64,000 nt of DNA from the human T2T-CHM13v2.0 reference genome, Homo sapiens. The stretch lies in the NCBI RefSeq assembly GCF_009914755.1, contig NC_060928.1. One strand, given 5' to 3'. A model generated the notes under the pieces. The model was not told the origin of the DNA. It searched no databases and saw only the letters and a list, made by a program, of their open reading frames with translations. Shown here one piece after another: positions 30,801 to 47,300 of the stretch. How positions within the stretch are numbered: position 1 is the stretch's first letter; each line of letters starts with the position of its first letter. Made by a program: the position numbers and the translations under genes.

Positions 30801-33240
30801 TTATGTACAGTATGTAATACATAATTTGGGTAATTGAATATTTTATGTGTAGTATATAATACATACTTTGGGTACTTTGATATTTTATGGACAGTGTATA
30901 ATACATACTTTGGGTACTCTGATATTTTATGTACAGTGTATAATATATAGTTTGGGTACTTTGATATTTTATATACAGTATATAATACATACTTTGGGTA
31001 CTTTGATATTTTATGTACAGTATATAATACATACCTTGGGTACTTTGATATTTTATGTATAGTATATAATACATAATTTGGGTACTTTGATATTTTATGC
31101 ACAGTATACAATATATAGTTTGAGTACTTTGATATTTTATGTACTCTATAAAGTATATAGTTTTGGTACTTTGATATTTTATGTACAGTATATAGTTTGA
31201 GTACTTTGATATTTTATGTACAGTTTGTTAAAAATGTTTGGGTGATTTTATATTTTATGTACAGTATATAATACATACTTTGGGCACTTTGATATCTTAT
31301 GTACAGTATATAATACATACTTTGGGTACTTTTATATTTTATGTACAGTATATAATATATAGTTTGAGTACTTTGATATTTTATGTACTGTATAAAATAT
31401 ATAGTTTTCGTAATTTGATATTTTATGTACAGTATATAGTTTGAGTACTTTGATATTTTATGTACAGTTTTTTATAAATGTTTGGGTGCTTTCATATTTT
31501 ATGTACAGTATATAATACATACAAAGGGCAGTTTGATATTTTATGTCCAGTATATAATACATACTTTGGGTACTTTGATATTTTATGTACAGTATATAGT
31601 TTGAGTACTTTGATATTTAATGTTCAGTTTATTATAAATGTTTGGGTGCTTTCATATTTTATATACAGTATATAATACATACTTTGGGCACTTTGATATT
31701 TTCTGTACAGTATATAATACATACTTTGGGTACTTTCATATTTTATGTACGGTATATAATACATACATTGGGTACTTTGATATTTTATGTAAAGTATATA
31801 ATATATAGTTTGGTTACTTTGATATTTTATATACAGTATAAAATATATATTATGTGTACTTTGATATATTATGTACAGTATATAATATATAGTATGGGTT
31901 GTTTGATATTTTATGTACAGTATATAATATATAGTTTGGGTAGTTTGATATTTTTAGTACAATATGTAAAATATAGTTTGTTTTATTTGATATTTTATGT
32001 ACAGTATACAATATATAGTATTGGTACTTTGATATTTCATGTAAAGTATATAGTTTGAGTACTTTGATATTTTATATGCAGTTTATTATAAATGTTTGGG
32101 TACCTTCATATTTTATGTACAGTATATAATACATACTTTGGGAACTTTTATTTTATGTGCAGTATATAATACATACTTTGGGTACTTTGATATTTCATGT
32201 ACAGTATATAATACACACTTTGGGTACTTTGATATTTTATGTACAGTATATAATACACACTTTGGGTACTTTGATATTTTATGTACAGTATATAATACAT
32301 ACTTTGGGTACTTTGATGTATTATGTACAGTATATAATACATACTTTGGGTACTTTGATATTTTATGTACAGTATATAATACATACTTTGGGTACTTTGA
32401 TATTTTATGTACAGTATGTAATACACACTTTGGGTACTTTGATATTTTATTTACAGTATGTAAAATATACTTTGGGTAGTTTGATATATTATGTACAGTA
32501 TATAATACATACTTTGGGTACTCTGATATTTTATGTACAGTGTATAATACATACTTTGGGTACTTTGATATTTTATGTACAGTATATAATACATACATTG
32601 GGTACTTTGATATATTATGTACAGTATATAATACTTACTTGGGGTATCTTGATATTTTATGTACAGTATATAATGCATACTTTGGGTACTTTGATATTTT
32701 ATGTACAGTATATAATGCATACTTTGAGTACTTTGATATTTTATGTACAGTATGTAATACATACTTTGGGTACTTTGATATTTTATGTATAGTATATAAT
32801 ACATACTTTGTGTAGTTTGATATTTTATGTACAGTATACAATATATAGTTTGAGTACTTTGATATTTTATGTCCAGTATAAAATATATAGTTTTCCTAAT
32901 TGATATTTTATGTACAGAATATAGTTTGAGTACTTTGATATTTTATGTACACTTTATTATAAATGTTTGGGTACTTTCATATTTTATGTACAGTATATAA
33001 TACATACTTTGGTCTCTTTGATGTTTTATGTACAGTATATAATACATACTTTGGGTTCTTTGATATTTTATGTGCAGAATATAATGCATAGTTTTAGGTA
33101 CTTTTATATTTTATGTACAGTATATAATACATACTTTGGGTACTTTGATATTTTATGTACAGTATATAATACATACTTTGGGTACTTTGATATTTTATGT
33201 ACAGTATATAATACATATTATTGGTACTTTGATATTTTAT

Positions 33241-36200
33241 GTCCAGTATAGAATATATAGTTTTGGTAGTTTGATATTTTATGTACAGTATATAGTTTGA
33301 GTACATTGATATTTTATGTACACTTTATTATAAATGTTTGGATACTTTCATATTTTATGTACAGTATATAATACATACTTTGGGCACTTTGATATTTTAT
33401 GTACAGTATACAATACATACTTTGGGTACTTTTTTTATTTTATGTACAGTATATAATACATAATTTGGGTACTTTGATATTTTATTTACAGTATATAATG
33501 CATACTTTGGGTACTTTGATGTTTTATGTACAGTATATAATACATACTTAGGGTACTTTGACATTTTATGTGCAGTACATAATACATACTTTGGATGCTT
33601 TGTTATTTTAAATACAGTATGTAATACATATTTTGGGTACTTTGATATTTTATGTACAGTATATAATACATACTTTGGTACTTTTATATTTCATGTACAG
33701 TATATAATATATAGTTTGGGTACTTTGATATTTTATGTACAGTATATAATACATAGTTTGGGTATTTTGATATTTTATGTACAGTATATAATACATACTT
33801 TGGGTACTTTGATATTTTATGTACAGTATATAATATATAGTTTGGGTACTTTGATAATTTATGTGCAGTATATAACACATACTTTCGGTAGTTGGATATT
33901 TTATGTACAGTATATAATACATACTTTGGGTACTTCGATATTTGATGTACAGTATACTATATATAGTTTGGGTACTTTGATATTTTATGTCGGGTACAAA
34001 ATAAATAGTTTTGGTACTTAGATATTTTATGTACAGTATATAGTTTGAGTACTTTGATATTTTATGTACAGTTTATTATTAATGGGTGCTTTCATATTTT
34101 ATGTACAGTATATAATACATACTATGGGCACTTTGATATTTTATGTAGAGTATATAATACATAATTTGGGTACTTTGATATTTTATATACACTACATAAT
34201 ACATACTTTGGGTACTTTGATATTTTATGTACAGTACATAATATATAGTTTGGGTACTTTGATATTGTATGTGCAGTATATAACACATACTTTCGGTACT
34301 TGGATATTTTATGTACAGTATATAATACATAATTTGGGTACTTCCATATTTTATGTACAGTATGCTATATATACTTTGGGTACTTTGATATTTTATGTCC
34401 AGTAAAAAATAAAAAGTTTTGGTAATTCAATATTTTATGTACAGTGTATCGTTTGAGTACTTTGATATTTAATGTGCAGTTTATTATAAATGTTCGGGTG
34501 CTTTCATATTTTATGTACAGTATATAATACATACTTTGAGCACTTTGATATTTTATGTACAGTATATAATACATACTTTGGGTAATTTGATATTTTATGT
34601 ACAGTATATAATACATACATTGGGTACTTTGATATTTTATGTACAGTATATAATATATAGTTAGGGTACTTTGATATTTTATATACAGTATATAATATAT
34701 ATTATGTGTACTTTGATATATTATGTACAGTATATAATATATAGTTTGGGTAATTTGATATTTTATGTACAGTATACAATATATAGTATTGGTACTTTGA
34801 TATTTCATGTAAAGTATATAGTTTGAGTACTTTGATATTTTATATACAGTTTATTATAAATGTTTGGGTACCTTCCTATTTTATGTAGAGTATATAATAC
34901 ATACTTTGGGAACTTTTATTTTATGTGCAGTATATAATACATACTTTGGGTACTTTGATATTTTATGTACAGTATATAATACATACTATTGGTACTTTGA
35001 TATTTTATGTACAGTATACAATATATAGTTTGAGTACTTTGATATTTTATGTCCAGTATAAAATATATAGATTTCATACTTTGATATTTTATGTACTGAA
35101 TGTAGTTTGAGTACTTTGATATTTTATGTACACTTTATTATAAAAGTTTGGGTACTTTCATATTTTACGTACAGTATATAATACATACTTTGGGCACTTT
35201 GATGTTTTATGTACAGTATATAATACATACTTTGGGTTCTTTGATATTTTATGTACAGCATATAATACATAATTTGGGGACTTTTATATTTTATGTACAT
35301 TATATTATACATACTTTGGGTACTTTTATATTTTATGTACGGTATATAATACACACTTTGGGTACTTTGATATATTATGTACAGTATATAATACATACTT
35401 TGGGTACTTTGATATATTATGTACAGTATATAATACATACTAAGGGTACTTTGACTTTTTATGTACAGTACATAATACATACTTTGGGTACTTTGATATT
35501 TTATGTACAGTATATAATGCATACTTTGGATACTTTGATATTTTATGTACAGTATATAATACATACTTTGGGTACTTTTATATTTTATGTACAGTATATA
35601 ATATATAGTTTGGGTACTTTGATATTTTATGTACGGTATATAATACATACTTTGGGTACTTTGATATTTTATGTACAGTATATAATACATACTTTGTGTA
35701 CTCTGATATTTTATGTACAGTATACAATATATAGTTTGAATACTTTGATATTTTATGTACTGTATAAAATATATAGTGTTCGTACTTTGATATTTTATGT
35801 ACAATATATAGTTTGAGTACTTTGATATTTTATGTACAGTTTTTTATAAATGTTTGGGTGCTTTCAAATTTTATGTACAGTATATAATACATACAAAGGG
35901 CACTTTGATATTTTATGTACAGTATATAATACATACTTTGGGTACTCTGATATTTTATATTCAGTGTATAATACATACTTTGGGTACTTTGATATTTTAT
36001 GTACAATATATAATACATACGTTGGCAACTTTGATATATTATGTACAGTATATAATACATACTTTGGGTACTTTGATATTTTATCTACAGTATACAACAC
36101 ATAGTTTGTGTACTTTGATATTTTAGGTACAGTATATAATACATACTTTGGGTACTTTGATATTTTATGTACAGTATATAATACATACATTGGGTACTTT

Positions 36201-38050
36201 CATATTTTATGTACAGTATATAATATATAGTTTGGTTACTTTGATATTTTATCTACAGCTTATAATACATACTTTGGATACTTTGATACTTTATGTACAG
36301 TATATAATACATAATTTGGGTACTTTGTTATTTTATGTACAGTATACAATATATAGTTTGAGTACTTTGATATTTTATGTGCAGTATAAAATATATAGTT
36401 TTGGTACTTTCATATTTTATGTACAGTATATAGTTTGAGTACTTTGATATTTTATGTACAGTTTTTTATAAATGTTTGGGTGCTTTCATATTTTATGTAC
36501 AGTATATAATACATACTAAGGGCACTTTGATATTTTATGTACAGTATATAATACATACCTTGGGTACTTTGATATTTTATGTACAGTATATAATACATAG
36601 TTTGGGTATTTTGATATTTTATGTACAGTATATAATACATACTTTGGGTACTTTGATATTTTATGTACAGTATATAATACATACTTTGGGAACTTTGATA
36701 TTTTATGTACAGTATGTAGAACATACTTTGGGTACTTTGATATTTTATGTACAGGATATAATGCATACTTTGGGTACTTTGATAGTTTATGTACAGTATA
36801 TAATACATACTTTGGGTACTTTGATATTTTATGTATAGTATAAAATATATAGTTTGCGTACTTTGATATTTTATGTACAGTATGTAAAACATACTTTGGG
36901 GAGTTTGATATTTTATGTACAGTATGTAAAACATACTTTGGGGAGTTTGATATTTTATGAACAGTATATAATACACATTTTGTGTACTTTGATATTTTAT
37001 GTAAAGTATATAATACATACTTTGGGTACTTTGATATTTTATGTACAGTATATATTACATACTTTGGGTACTTTGATATTTTATGTACAGTATACAATAT
37101 ATAGTTTGAGTACTTTGATATTTTATGTACTGTATAAAATATATAGTTTTGGTACTTTGATATTTTATGTAGAGTATATAGTTTGAGTACTTTGATATTT
37201 TATGTACAGTTTGTTATAAATATTTTGGTGCTTTCATATTTTATGTACTGTATATAATACATGCTTTGGGCACTTTGATATTTTATGTACAGTATATAAT
37301 ACATACTTTGGGTACTCTGATATTTTATGTACAGTGTATAATACATACTTTGGGTTCTTTGATATTTTATGTACAGTATATAATACATACATTGGGTACT
37401 TTTATATATTATGTACAGTATATAATACTTACTTGGGGTACTTTGATATTTTATGTACAGTATATAATACATAGTTTGTGTACTTTGATATTTTATGTAC
37501 AGTATGTAGTACACACTTTGGGTACTTTGATATTTTATGTACAGTATATAATACATACTTTGGGTATCTTGATATTTTATGTACAGTATATAATGCATAC
37601 TCTGCGTCCCTTGATATTTTATGTACAGTATATAATGCATACTTTGGGTACTTTGATATTTCATGTACAGTATGCAATACATACTTTGGGTACTTTGATA
37701 TTTTATGTATAGTATATAATACATACTTTGTGTAGTTTGATATTTTATGTACAGTATACAATATATAGTTTGAGTACTTTGTTATTTTATGTGCAGTATA
37801 AAATATATAGTTTTCGTAATTGATATTTTATGTACACAATATAGTTTGAGTACTTTGATATTTTATGTACACTTTATTATAAATGTTTGGGTACTTTCAT
37901 ATTTTATGTACAGTATATAATACATACTTTGGTCTCTTTGATGTTTTATGTACAGTATATAATACATACTTTGGGTTCTTTGATATTTTATGTACAGAAT
38001 ATAATGCATAGTTTTAGGTACTTTTATATTTTATGTACAGTATATAATAC
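33241..38050 (+). repeat. About 4.8-kb duplicate of ~1547-6355 (offset 31,694 then 31,695 bp)
   Basis: ORF-track pairs at a constant offset of 31,695 (1955/33650, 2670/34365, 3453/35148, 4781/36476, 5505/37200, 6192/37887) plus shared rare variants such as gtcgggtacaaa, attaatgggtgc, gtgttcgtac and gcgtcc. Confidence 0.9.
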
Positions 38051-39708
38051 ATACTTTGGTACTTTGATATTTTATGTACAGTATATAATACATACTTTGG
38101 GAACTTTGATATTTTATGTACAGTATGTAATACATACTTTGGGTACTTTGATATTTTATGTACAGTATATAATACATACTATTGGTACTTTGATATTTTA
38201 TGTACAGTATACAATATATAGTTTGAGTACTTTGATATTTTATGTCCAGTATAAAATACATAGATTTCATACTTTGATATTTTATGTACAGAATATAGTT
38301 TGAGTACTTTGATATTTTATGTACACTTTATCATAAAAGTTTGGGTACTTTCATATTTTACGTACAGTATATAATACATACTTTGGGCACTTTGATGTTT
38401 TATGTACAGTATATAATACATACTTTGTGTTCTTTGATATGTTATGTACAGCATATAGTACATAATTTGGGGACTTTTATATTTTATGTACATTATATAA
38501 TACATACTTTGGGTACTTTTATATTTTATGTACGGTATATAATACATACTTTGGGTACTTTGATATATTATGTACAGTATATAATACATACTTTGGGTAC
38601 TTTGATATATTATGTACAGTATATAATACATACTTAGGGTACTTTGACATTTTATGTAGAGTACATAATACATACTTTGGGTACTTTGATATTTTATGTA
38701 CAGCATATAATACATACTTTGGGTACTTTGATATTTTATGTACAGTATATAATACATGTTTTGGGTACTTTTACATTTTATGTACAGTATATAATATATA
38801 GTTTGGGTACTTTGATATTTTATGAATGGTATATAATACATAATTTGGGTACTTTGATATTTTATGTACAGTATATAATACATACTTTGGGTACTTTGAT
38901 AATTTATGTACAGTATATAATACATACTTTGGGTACTTTGATATTTAATATACAGTATATAATACACACTTTGCGTACTTTGATATTTTATGTAAAGTAT
39001 GTAATACATACTTTGGGTACTTTGATATTTTATGTACAGTATGTAATACACGCTTTGGGTACTTTGATATTTTATGTAGAGTATGTAAAACATACTTTGG
39101 GTAGTTTGTTATTTTATGATCAGTATATAATACATACTTTGGGTACTTTGATATTTTATGTACAGTATATAATACATACTTTGGGTACTTTGATATTTTA
39201 TATACAGTATATAATGCATAATTTGGGTACTTCAATAGTTTATGCACAGTATATAATACATACTTTGCGTAATTTGATATTTTATGTACAGTATATAATG
39301 CATACTTTGGGTACTTTGATAGTTTATGTACAGTATACAATACATACTTTGGGTACTTTGATATTTTATGTACAGTATATAATACATAGTTTGGTTACTT
39401 TGATATTTTTTGTACAGTATGTAAAACATACTTTGGGGAGTTTGATATTTTATGAACAGTATATAATACACATTTTGGGTACTTTGATATTTTATGTACG
39501 GTATATAATACATACTTTGGGTACTTTGATATTTTATGTACAGTATATAATTCATACTTTGTGTACTTTGATATTTTATGTACAGTATATAATACATACA
39601 TTGGGTACTTCGATATTTTATGTGCAGTACCCTATATATAGTTTGGGTACTTTGATATTTTATGTCCAGTATAAAATAAATAGTTTTGGTACTTTGATAT
39701 TTTATGTA

Positions 39709-41344
39709 CAGTATATAGTTTGAGTACTTTGATATTTAATGTTCAGTTTATTATAAATGTTTGGGTGCTTTCATATTTTATATACAGTATATAATACATA
39801 CTTTGGGCACTTTGATATTTTCTGTACAGTATATAATACATACTTTGGGTACTTTGATATTTTATGTACGGTATATAATACATACATTGGGTACTTTGAT
39901 ATTTTATGTACAGTATATAATATATAGTTTGGTTACTTTGATATTTTATAGACAGTATATAATATATATTATGTGTACTTTGATATATTATGTACAGTAT
40001 ATAATATATAGTATGGGTTGTTTGATATTTTATGTACAGTATATAATATATAGTTTGGGTAGTTTGATATTTTTAGTACAGTATGTAATATATTGTTTGT
40101 TTTATTTGATATTTTATGTACAGTATACAATATATAGTATTGGTACTTTGATATTTCATGTAAAGTATATAGTTTGAGTACTTTGATATTTTATATGCAG
40201 TTTATTATAAATGTTTGGGTACCTTCATAATTTATGTACAGTATATAATACATACTTTGGGAACTTTTATTTTATGTGCAGTATATAATACATACTTTGG
40301 GTACTTTGATATTTCATGTACAGTATATAATACACACTTTGGGTACTTTGATATTTTATGTACAGTATATAATACACACTTTGGGTACTTTGATATTTTA
40401 TGTACAGTATATAATACATACTTTGGGTACTTTGATGTATTATGTACAGTATATAATACATACTTTGGGTACTTTGATATTTTATGTACAGTATATAATA
40501 CATACTTTGGGTACTTTGATATTTTATGTACAGTATGTAATACACACTTTGGGTACTTTGATATTTTATGTACAGTATGTAAAACATACTTTGGGTAGTT
40601 TGATATATTATGTACAGTATATAATACATACTTTGGGTACTCTGATATTTTATGTACAGTGTATAATACATACTTTGGGTACTTTGATATTTTATGTACA
40701 GTATATAATACATACATTGGGTACTTTGATATATTATGTACAGTATATAATACTTACTTGGGGTATCTTGATATTTTATGTACAGTATATAATGCATACT
40801 TTGGGTACTTTGATATTTTATGTACAGTATATAATGCATACTTTGAGTACTTTGATATTTTATGTACAGTATGTAATACATACTTTGGGTACTTTGATAT
40901 TTTATGTATAGTATATAATACATACTTTGTGTAGTTTGATATTTTATGTACAGTATACAATATATAGTTTGAGTACTTTGATATTTTATGTCCAGTATAA
41001 AATATATAGTTTTCCTAATTGATATTTTATGTACAGAATATAGTTTGAGTACTTTGATATTTTATGTACACTTTATTATAAATGTTTGGGTACTTTCATA
41101 TTTTATGTACAGTATATAATACATACTTTGGTCTCTTTGATGTTTTATGTACAGTATATAATACATACTTTGGGTTCTTTGATATTTTATGTGCAGAATA
41201 TAATGCATAGTTTTAGGTACTTTTATATTTTATGTACAGTATATAATACATACTTTGGGTACTTTGATATTTTATGTACAGTATATAATACATACTTTGG
41301 GTACTTTGATATTTTATGTACAGTATATAATACATATTATTGGT
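39709..41344 (+). repeat. About 1.6-kb duplicate of ~31590-33225 (offset 8,119 bp)
   Basis: ORF pairs 31642/39761, 32096/40215, 32540/40659, 32967/41086 with near-identical translations. Confidence 0.87.
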
Positions 41345-42504
41345 ACTTTGATATTTTATGTACAGTATACAATATATAGTTTGAGTACTTTGATATTTTA
41401 TGTCCAGTATAAAATACATAGATTTCATACTTTGATATTTTATGTACAGAATATAGTTTGAGTACTTTGATATTTTATGTACACTTTATCATAAAAGTTT
41501 GGGTACTTTCATATTTTACGTACAGTATATAATACATACTTTGGGCACTTTGATGTTTTATGTACAGTATATAATACATACTTTGGGTTCTTTGATATGT
41601 TATGTACAGCATATAGTACATAATTTGGGGACTTTTATATTTTATGTACATTATATAATACATACTTTGGGTACTTTTATATTTTATGTACGGTATATAA
41701 TACATACTTTGGGTACTTTGATATATTATGTACAGTATATAATACATACTTTGGGTACTTTGATATATTATGTACAGTATATAATACATACTTAGGGTAC
41801 TTTGACATTTTATGTACAGTACATAATACATACTTTGGGTACTTTGATATTTTATGTACAGTATATAATACATACTTTGTGTACTTTGATATTTTATGTA
41901 CAGTATATAATTCATGTTTTGGGTACTTTTACATTTTATGTACAGTATATAATATATAGTTTGGGTACTTTGATATTTTATGTACGGTATATAATACATA
42001 CTTTGGGTACTTTGATAATTTATGTACAGTATATAATACATACTTTGGGTACTTTGATATTTAATGTACAGTATATAATACACACTTTGCATACTTTGAT
42101 ATTTTATGTAAAGTATGTAATACATACTTTGGGTACTTTGATATTTTATGTACAGTATGTAATACACGCTTTGGGTACTTTGATATTTTATGTAGAGTAT
42201 GTAAAACATACTTTGGGTAGTTTGTTATTTTATGATCAGTATATAATACATATTTTGGGTACTTTGATATTTTATGTACAGTATATAATACATACTTTGG
42301 GTACTTTGATATTTTATGTACAGTATATAATGCATAATTTGGGTACTTCAATAGTTTATGCACAGTATATAATACATACTTTGGCTAATTTGATATTTTA
42401 TGTACAGTATATAATGCATACTTTGGGTACTTTGATAGTTTATGTACAGTATACAATACATACTTTGGGTACTTTGATATTTTATGTACAGTATATAATA
42501 TGTA

Positions 42505-44300
42505 GTTTGGGTACTTTGATATTTTATTTACAGCTTATAATACATACTTTGGATACTTTGATACTTTATGTACAGTATATAATACATAATTTGGGTACTT
42601 TGTTATTTTATGTACAGTATACAATATATAGTTTGAGTACTTTGATATTTTATGTGCAGTATAAAATATATAGTTTTGGTACTTTCATATTTTATGTACA
42701 GTATATAGTTGGAGTACTTTGATATTTTATGTACAGTTTTTTATAAATGTTTGGGTGCTTTCATATTTTATGTACAGTATATAATACATACTAAGGGCAC
42801 TTTGATATTTTATGTACAGTATATAATACATACCTTGGGTACTTTGATATTTTATGTACAGTATATAATATATAGTTTGGGTATTTTGATATTTTATGTA
42901 CAGTATATAATACATATTTTGGGTACTTTGATATTGTATGTACAGTATATAATACATACTTTGGGAACTTTGATATTTTATGTACAGTATGTAGAACATA
43001 CTTTGGGTACTTTGATATTTTATGTACAGGATATAATGCATACTTTGGGTACTTTGATAGTTTATGTACAGTATATAATACATACTTTGGGTACTTTGAT
43101 ATTTTATGTATAGTATAAAATATATAGTTTGGGTACTTTGATATTTTATGTACAGTATGTAAAACATACTTTGGGGAGTTTGATATTTTATGTACAGTAT
43201 GTAAAACATACTTTGGGGAGTTTGATATTTTATGAACAGTATATAATACACATTTTGTGTACTTTGATATTTTATGTAAAGTATATAATACATACTTTGG
43301 GTACTTTGATATTTTATGTACAGTATATATTACATACTTTGGGTACTTTGATATTTTATGTACAGTATACAATATATAGTTTGAGTACTTTGATATTTTA
43401 TGTACTGTATAAAATATATAGTTTTGGTACTTTGATATTTTATGTACAGTATATAGTTTGAGTACTTTGATATTTTATGTACAGTTTGTTATAAATATTT
43501 TGGTGCTTTCATATTTTATGTACTGTATATAATACATGCTTTGGGCACTTTGATATTTTATGTACAGTATATAATACATACTTTGGGTACTCTGATATTT
43601 TATGTACAGTGTATAATACATACTTTGGGTACTTTGATATTTTATGTACAGTATATAATACATACATTGGGTACTTTGATATATTATGTACAGTATATAA
43701 TACTTACTTGGGGTACTTTGATATTTTATGTACAGTATATAATACATAGTTTGTGTACTTTGATATTTTATGTACAGTATGTAGTACACACTTTGGGTAC
43801 TTTGATATTTTATGTACAGTATATAATACATACTTTGGGTATCTTGATATTTTATGTACAGTATATAATGCATACTTTGCGTCCTTTGATATTTTATGTA
43901 CAGTATATAATGCATACTTTGGGTACTTTGATATTTCATGTACAGTATGTAATACATACTTTGGGTACTTTGATATTTTATGTATAGTATATAATACATA
44001 CTTTGTGTAGTTTGATATTTTATGTACAGTATACAATATATAGTTTGAGTACTTTGTTATTTTATGTGCAGTATAAAATATATAGTTTTCGTAATTGATA
44101 TTTTATTTACAGAATATAGTTTGAGTACTTTGATATTTTATGTAAAATTTATTATAAATGTTTGGGTACTTTCATGTTTTATGTACAGTGTATAATACAT
44201 ACTTTGGTCTCTTTGATGTTTTATGTACAGTATATAATACATACTTTGGGTTCTTTGATATTTTATGTACAGAAAATAATGCATAGTTTTAGGTACTTTT
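42505..44300 (+). repeat. About 1.8-kb duplicate of ~36230-38025 (offset 6,275 bp)
   Basis: ORF pairs 36452/42727, 36854/43129, 37200/43475, 37887/44162; shared aaatattttggtgc. Confidence 0.83.
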
Positions 44301-47300
44301 ATATTTTATGTACAGTATATAATACATACTTTGGGTACTTTGATATTTTATGTACAGTATATAATACATACTTTGGGTACTTTGATATTTTATGGACAGT
44401 GTAGAATACATACTTTGTGTACTTTGATATTTTATGTACAGTATATAAAATATAGTTTGGGTAGTTTGATATTTTATATACAGTATATAATACATACTTT
44501 GGGTACTTTGATATTTTGTGTACAGTATATAATACATACTTTGGGTACTTTGATATTTTATGCACAGTATACAATATATAGTTTGAGTACTTTGATATTT
44601 TATGTACTGTATAAAATATATACTTTTGGTACTTTGATATTTTATGTACAGTATATAGTTTGAGTACTTTGATATTTTATGTACAGTTTGTTAAAAATGT
44701 TTGGGTGCTTTCATATTTTATGTACAGTATATAATACATACTTTGGTCACTTTGATATCTTATGTACAGTATATAATACATACTTTGGATACTCTGATAT
44801 TTTATGTACAGGGTATAATACATAATTTGTGTACTTTGATATTTTATGTACAGTATATAATACATACGTTGGGTACTTTGATATATTATGTACAGTATAT
44901 AATACATACTTTGGGTACTTTGATATTTTATGTACAGTATATAATCCATAGTTTGTGTACTTTGATATTTTATGTACAGTATATAATACATACTTTGGGT
45001 ACTTTGATATTTTATGTACAGTATAGAATATATAGTTTGAGTACTTTGTTATTTTATGTCCAGTATAAAATATATAGTTTTCGTAATTGATATTTTATGT
45101 ACAGAATATAGTTTGAGTACTTTGATATTTTATGTACACTTTATTATAAATGTTTGGGTACTTTCATATTTTATGTACAGTATATAATACATACTTTGGT
45201 CTCTTTGATGTTTTATGTACAGTATATAATACATACTTTGGGTTCTTTGATATTTTATGTACAGAATATAATGCATAGTTTTAGGTACTTTTATATTTTA
45301 TGTACAGTATATAATACATACTTTGGGTACTTTGATATTTTATGTACAGTATATAATACATACTTTGGGAACTTTGATATTTTATGTACAGTATGTAATA
45401 CATACTTTGGGTACTTTGATATTTTATGTACAGTATATAATACATACTATTGGTACTTTGATATTTTATGTACAGTATACAATATATAGTTTGAGTACTT
45501 TGATATTTTATATCCAGTATAAAATATATAGATTTCATACTTTGATATTTTATGTACTGAATGTAGTTTGAGTACTTTGATATTTTATGTACACTTTATT
45601 ATAAAAGTTTGGGTACTTTCATATTTTACGTACAGTATATAATACATACTTTGGGCACTTTGATGTTTTATGTACAGTATATAATACATACTTTGGGTTC
45701 TTTGATATTTTATGTACAGCATATAATACATAATTTGGGGACTTTTATATTTTATGTACATTATATTATACATACTTTGGGTACTTTTATATTTTATGTA
45801 CGGTATATAATACATACTTTGGGTACTTTGATATATTATGTACCGTATATAATACATACTTTGGGTACTTTGATATATTATGTACAGTATATAATACATA
45901 CTAAGGGTACTTTGACATTTTATGTACAGTACATAATACTTACTTTGGGTACTTTGATATATTATATACAGTATATAATGCATACTTTGGATACTTTGAT
46001 ATTTTATGTATAGTATATAATACATACTTTGGGTACTTTGATATTTTATGTACAGTATGTAATACATAATTTGGGTAATTTAATATTTTATGTATAGTAT
46101 ATAATACATACTTTGGGTACTTTGATATTTTATGGACAGTGTATAATACATACTTTGGGTACTTTGATATTTTATGTACAGTGTATAATATATAGTTTGG
46201 GTACTTTGATATTTTATATACAGTATATAATACATACTTTGGGTATTTTGATATTTTATGTACAGTATATAATATGTAGTTTGGGTACTTTGATATTTTA
46301 TGTACGGTATATAATACATACTTTGGGTACTTTGATATTTTATTTACAGTATATAATACATGCTTTGGGTACTTTGATATTTTATGTACAGTATATAATA
46401 CATACTTTGGGTACTTTGATATTTTATGTACAGTATACAATATATAGTTTGAGTACTTTGATATTTTATGTGCAGTATAAAATATATAGTGTTGGTAGTT
46501 TGATATTTTATGTACAGTATATATTTTGAGTACTTTGATACTTTTATGTACAGTTTATTATAAATGTTTGGGTACTTTCATATTTGATGTACAGTATATA
46601 ATACATAATTTGGGCACTTTGATATTTTATGTACAGTATATAATACATACTTTGGGTACTTTTATATTTTATGTACAGTATATAATACATACTTTGGGTA
46701 CTTTGATATTTAATGTACAGTATATAATACACACTTTGAGTACTTTGATATTTTATGTAACGTATGTAATACATATTTTGGGTAGTTTGATATTTTATGT
46801 ACAGTATGTAGTACACACTTTGGGTACTTTGATATTTTATGTACAGTATGTAAAACATACTTTGGGTACTTTGATATTTTATGTACAGTATGCAAAATAT
46901 AGTTTGAGTACTTTGATATTTTATGTACAGTTTATTATAAATGTTTGGGTAGTTTCATATTTGATGTACTGTATATAATACATAATTTGGGCACTTTGAT
47001 ATTTTATGTACAGTATATAATACATACTTTGGGTAATTTTATATTTTATGTACAGTATATAATACATACTTTGGATACTTTGATATTTAATGTACAGTAT
47101 ATAATGCACACTTTGCGTACTGTGATATTTTATGTAAAGTATGTAATACATACTGTGGGTAGTTTGATATTTTATGTACAGTATGTAATACACACTTTGG
47201 GTACTTTGATATTTTATGTATAGTGTATAATACATACTTTGGTTACTTTGATATTTTATGTACAGTATGTAATACATAATTTGGGTAATTTAATATTTTA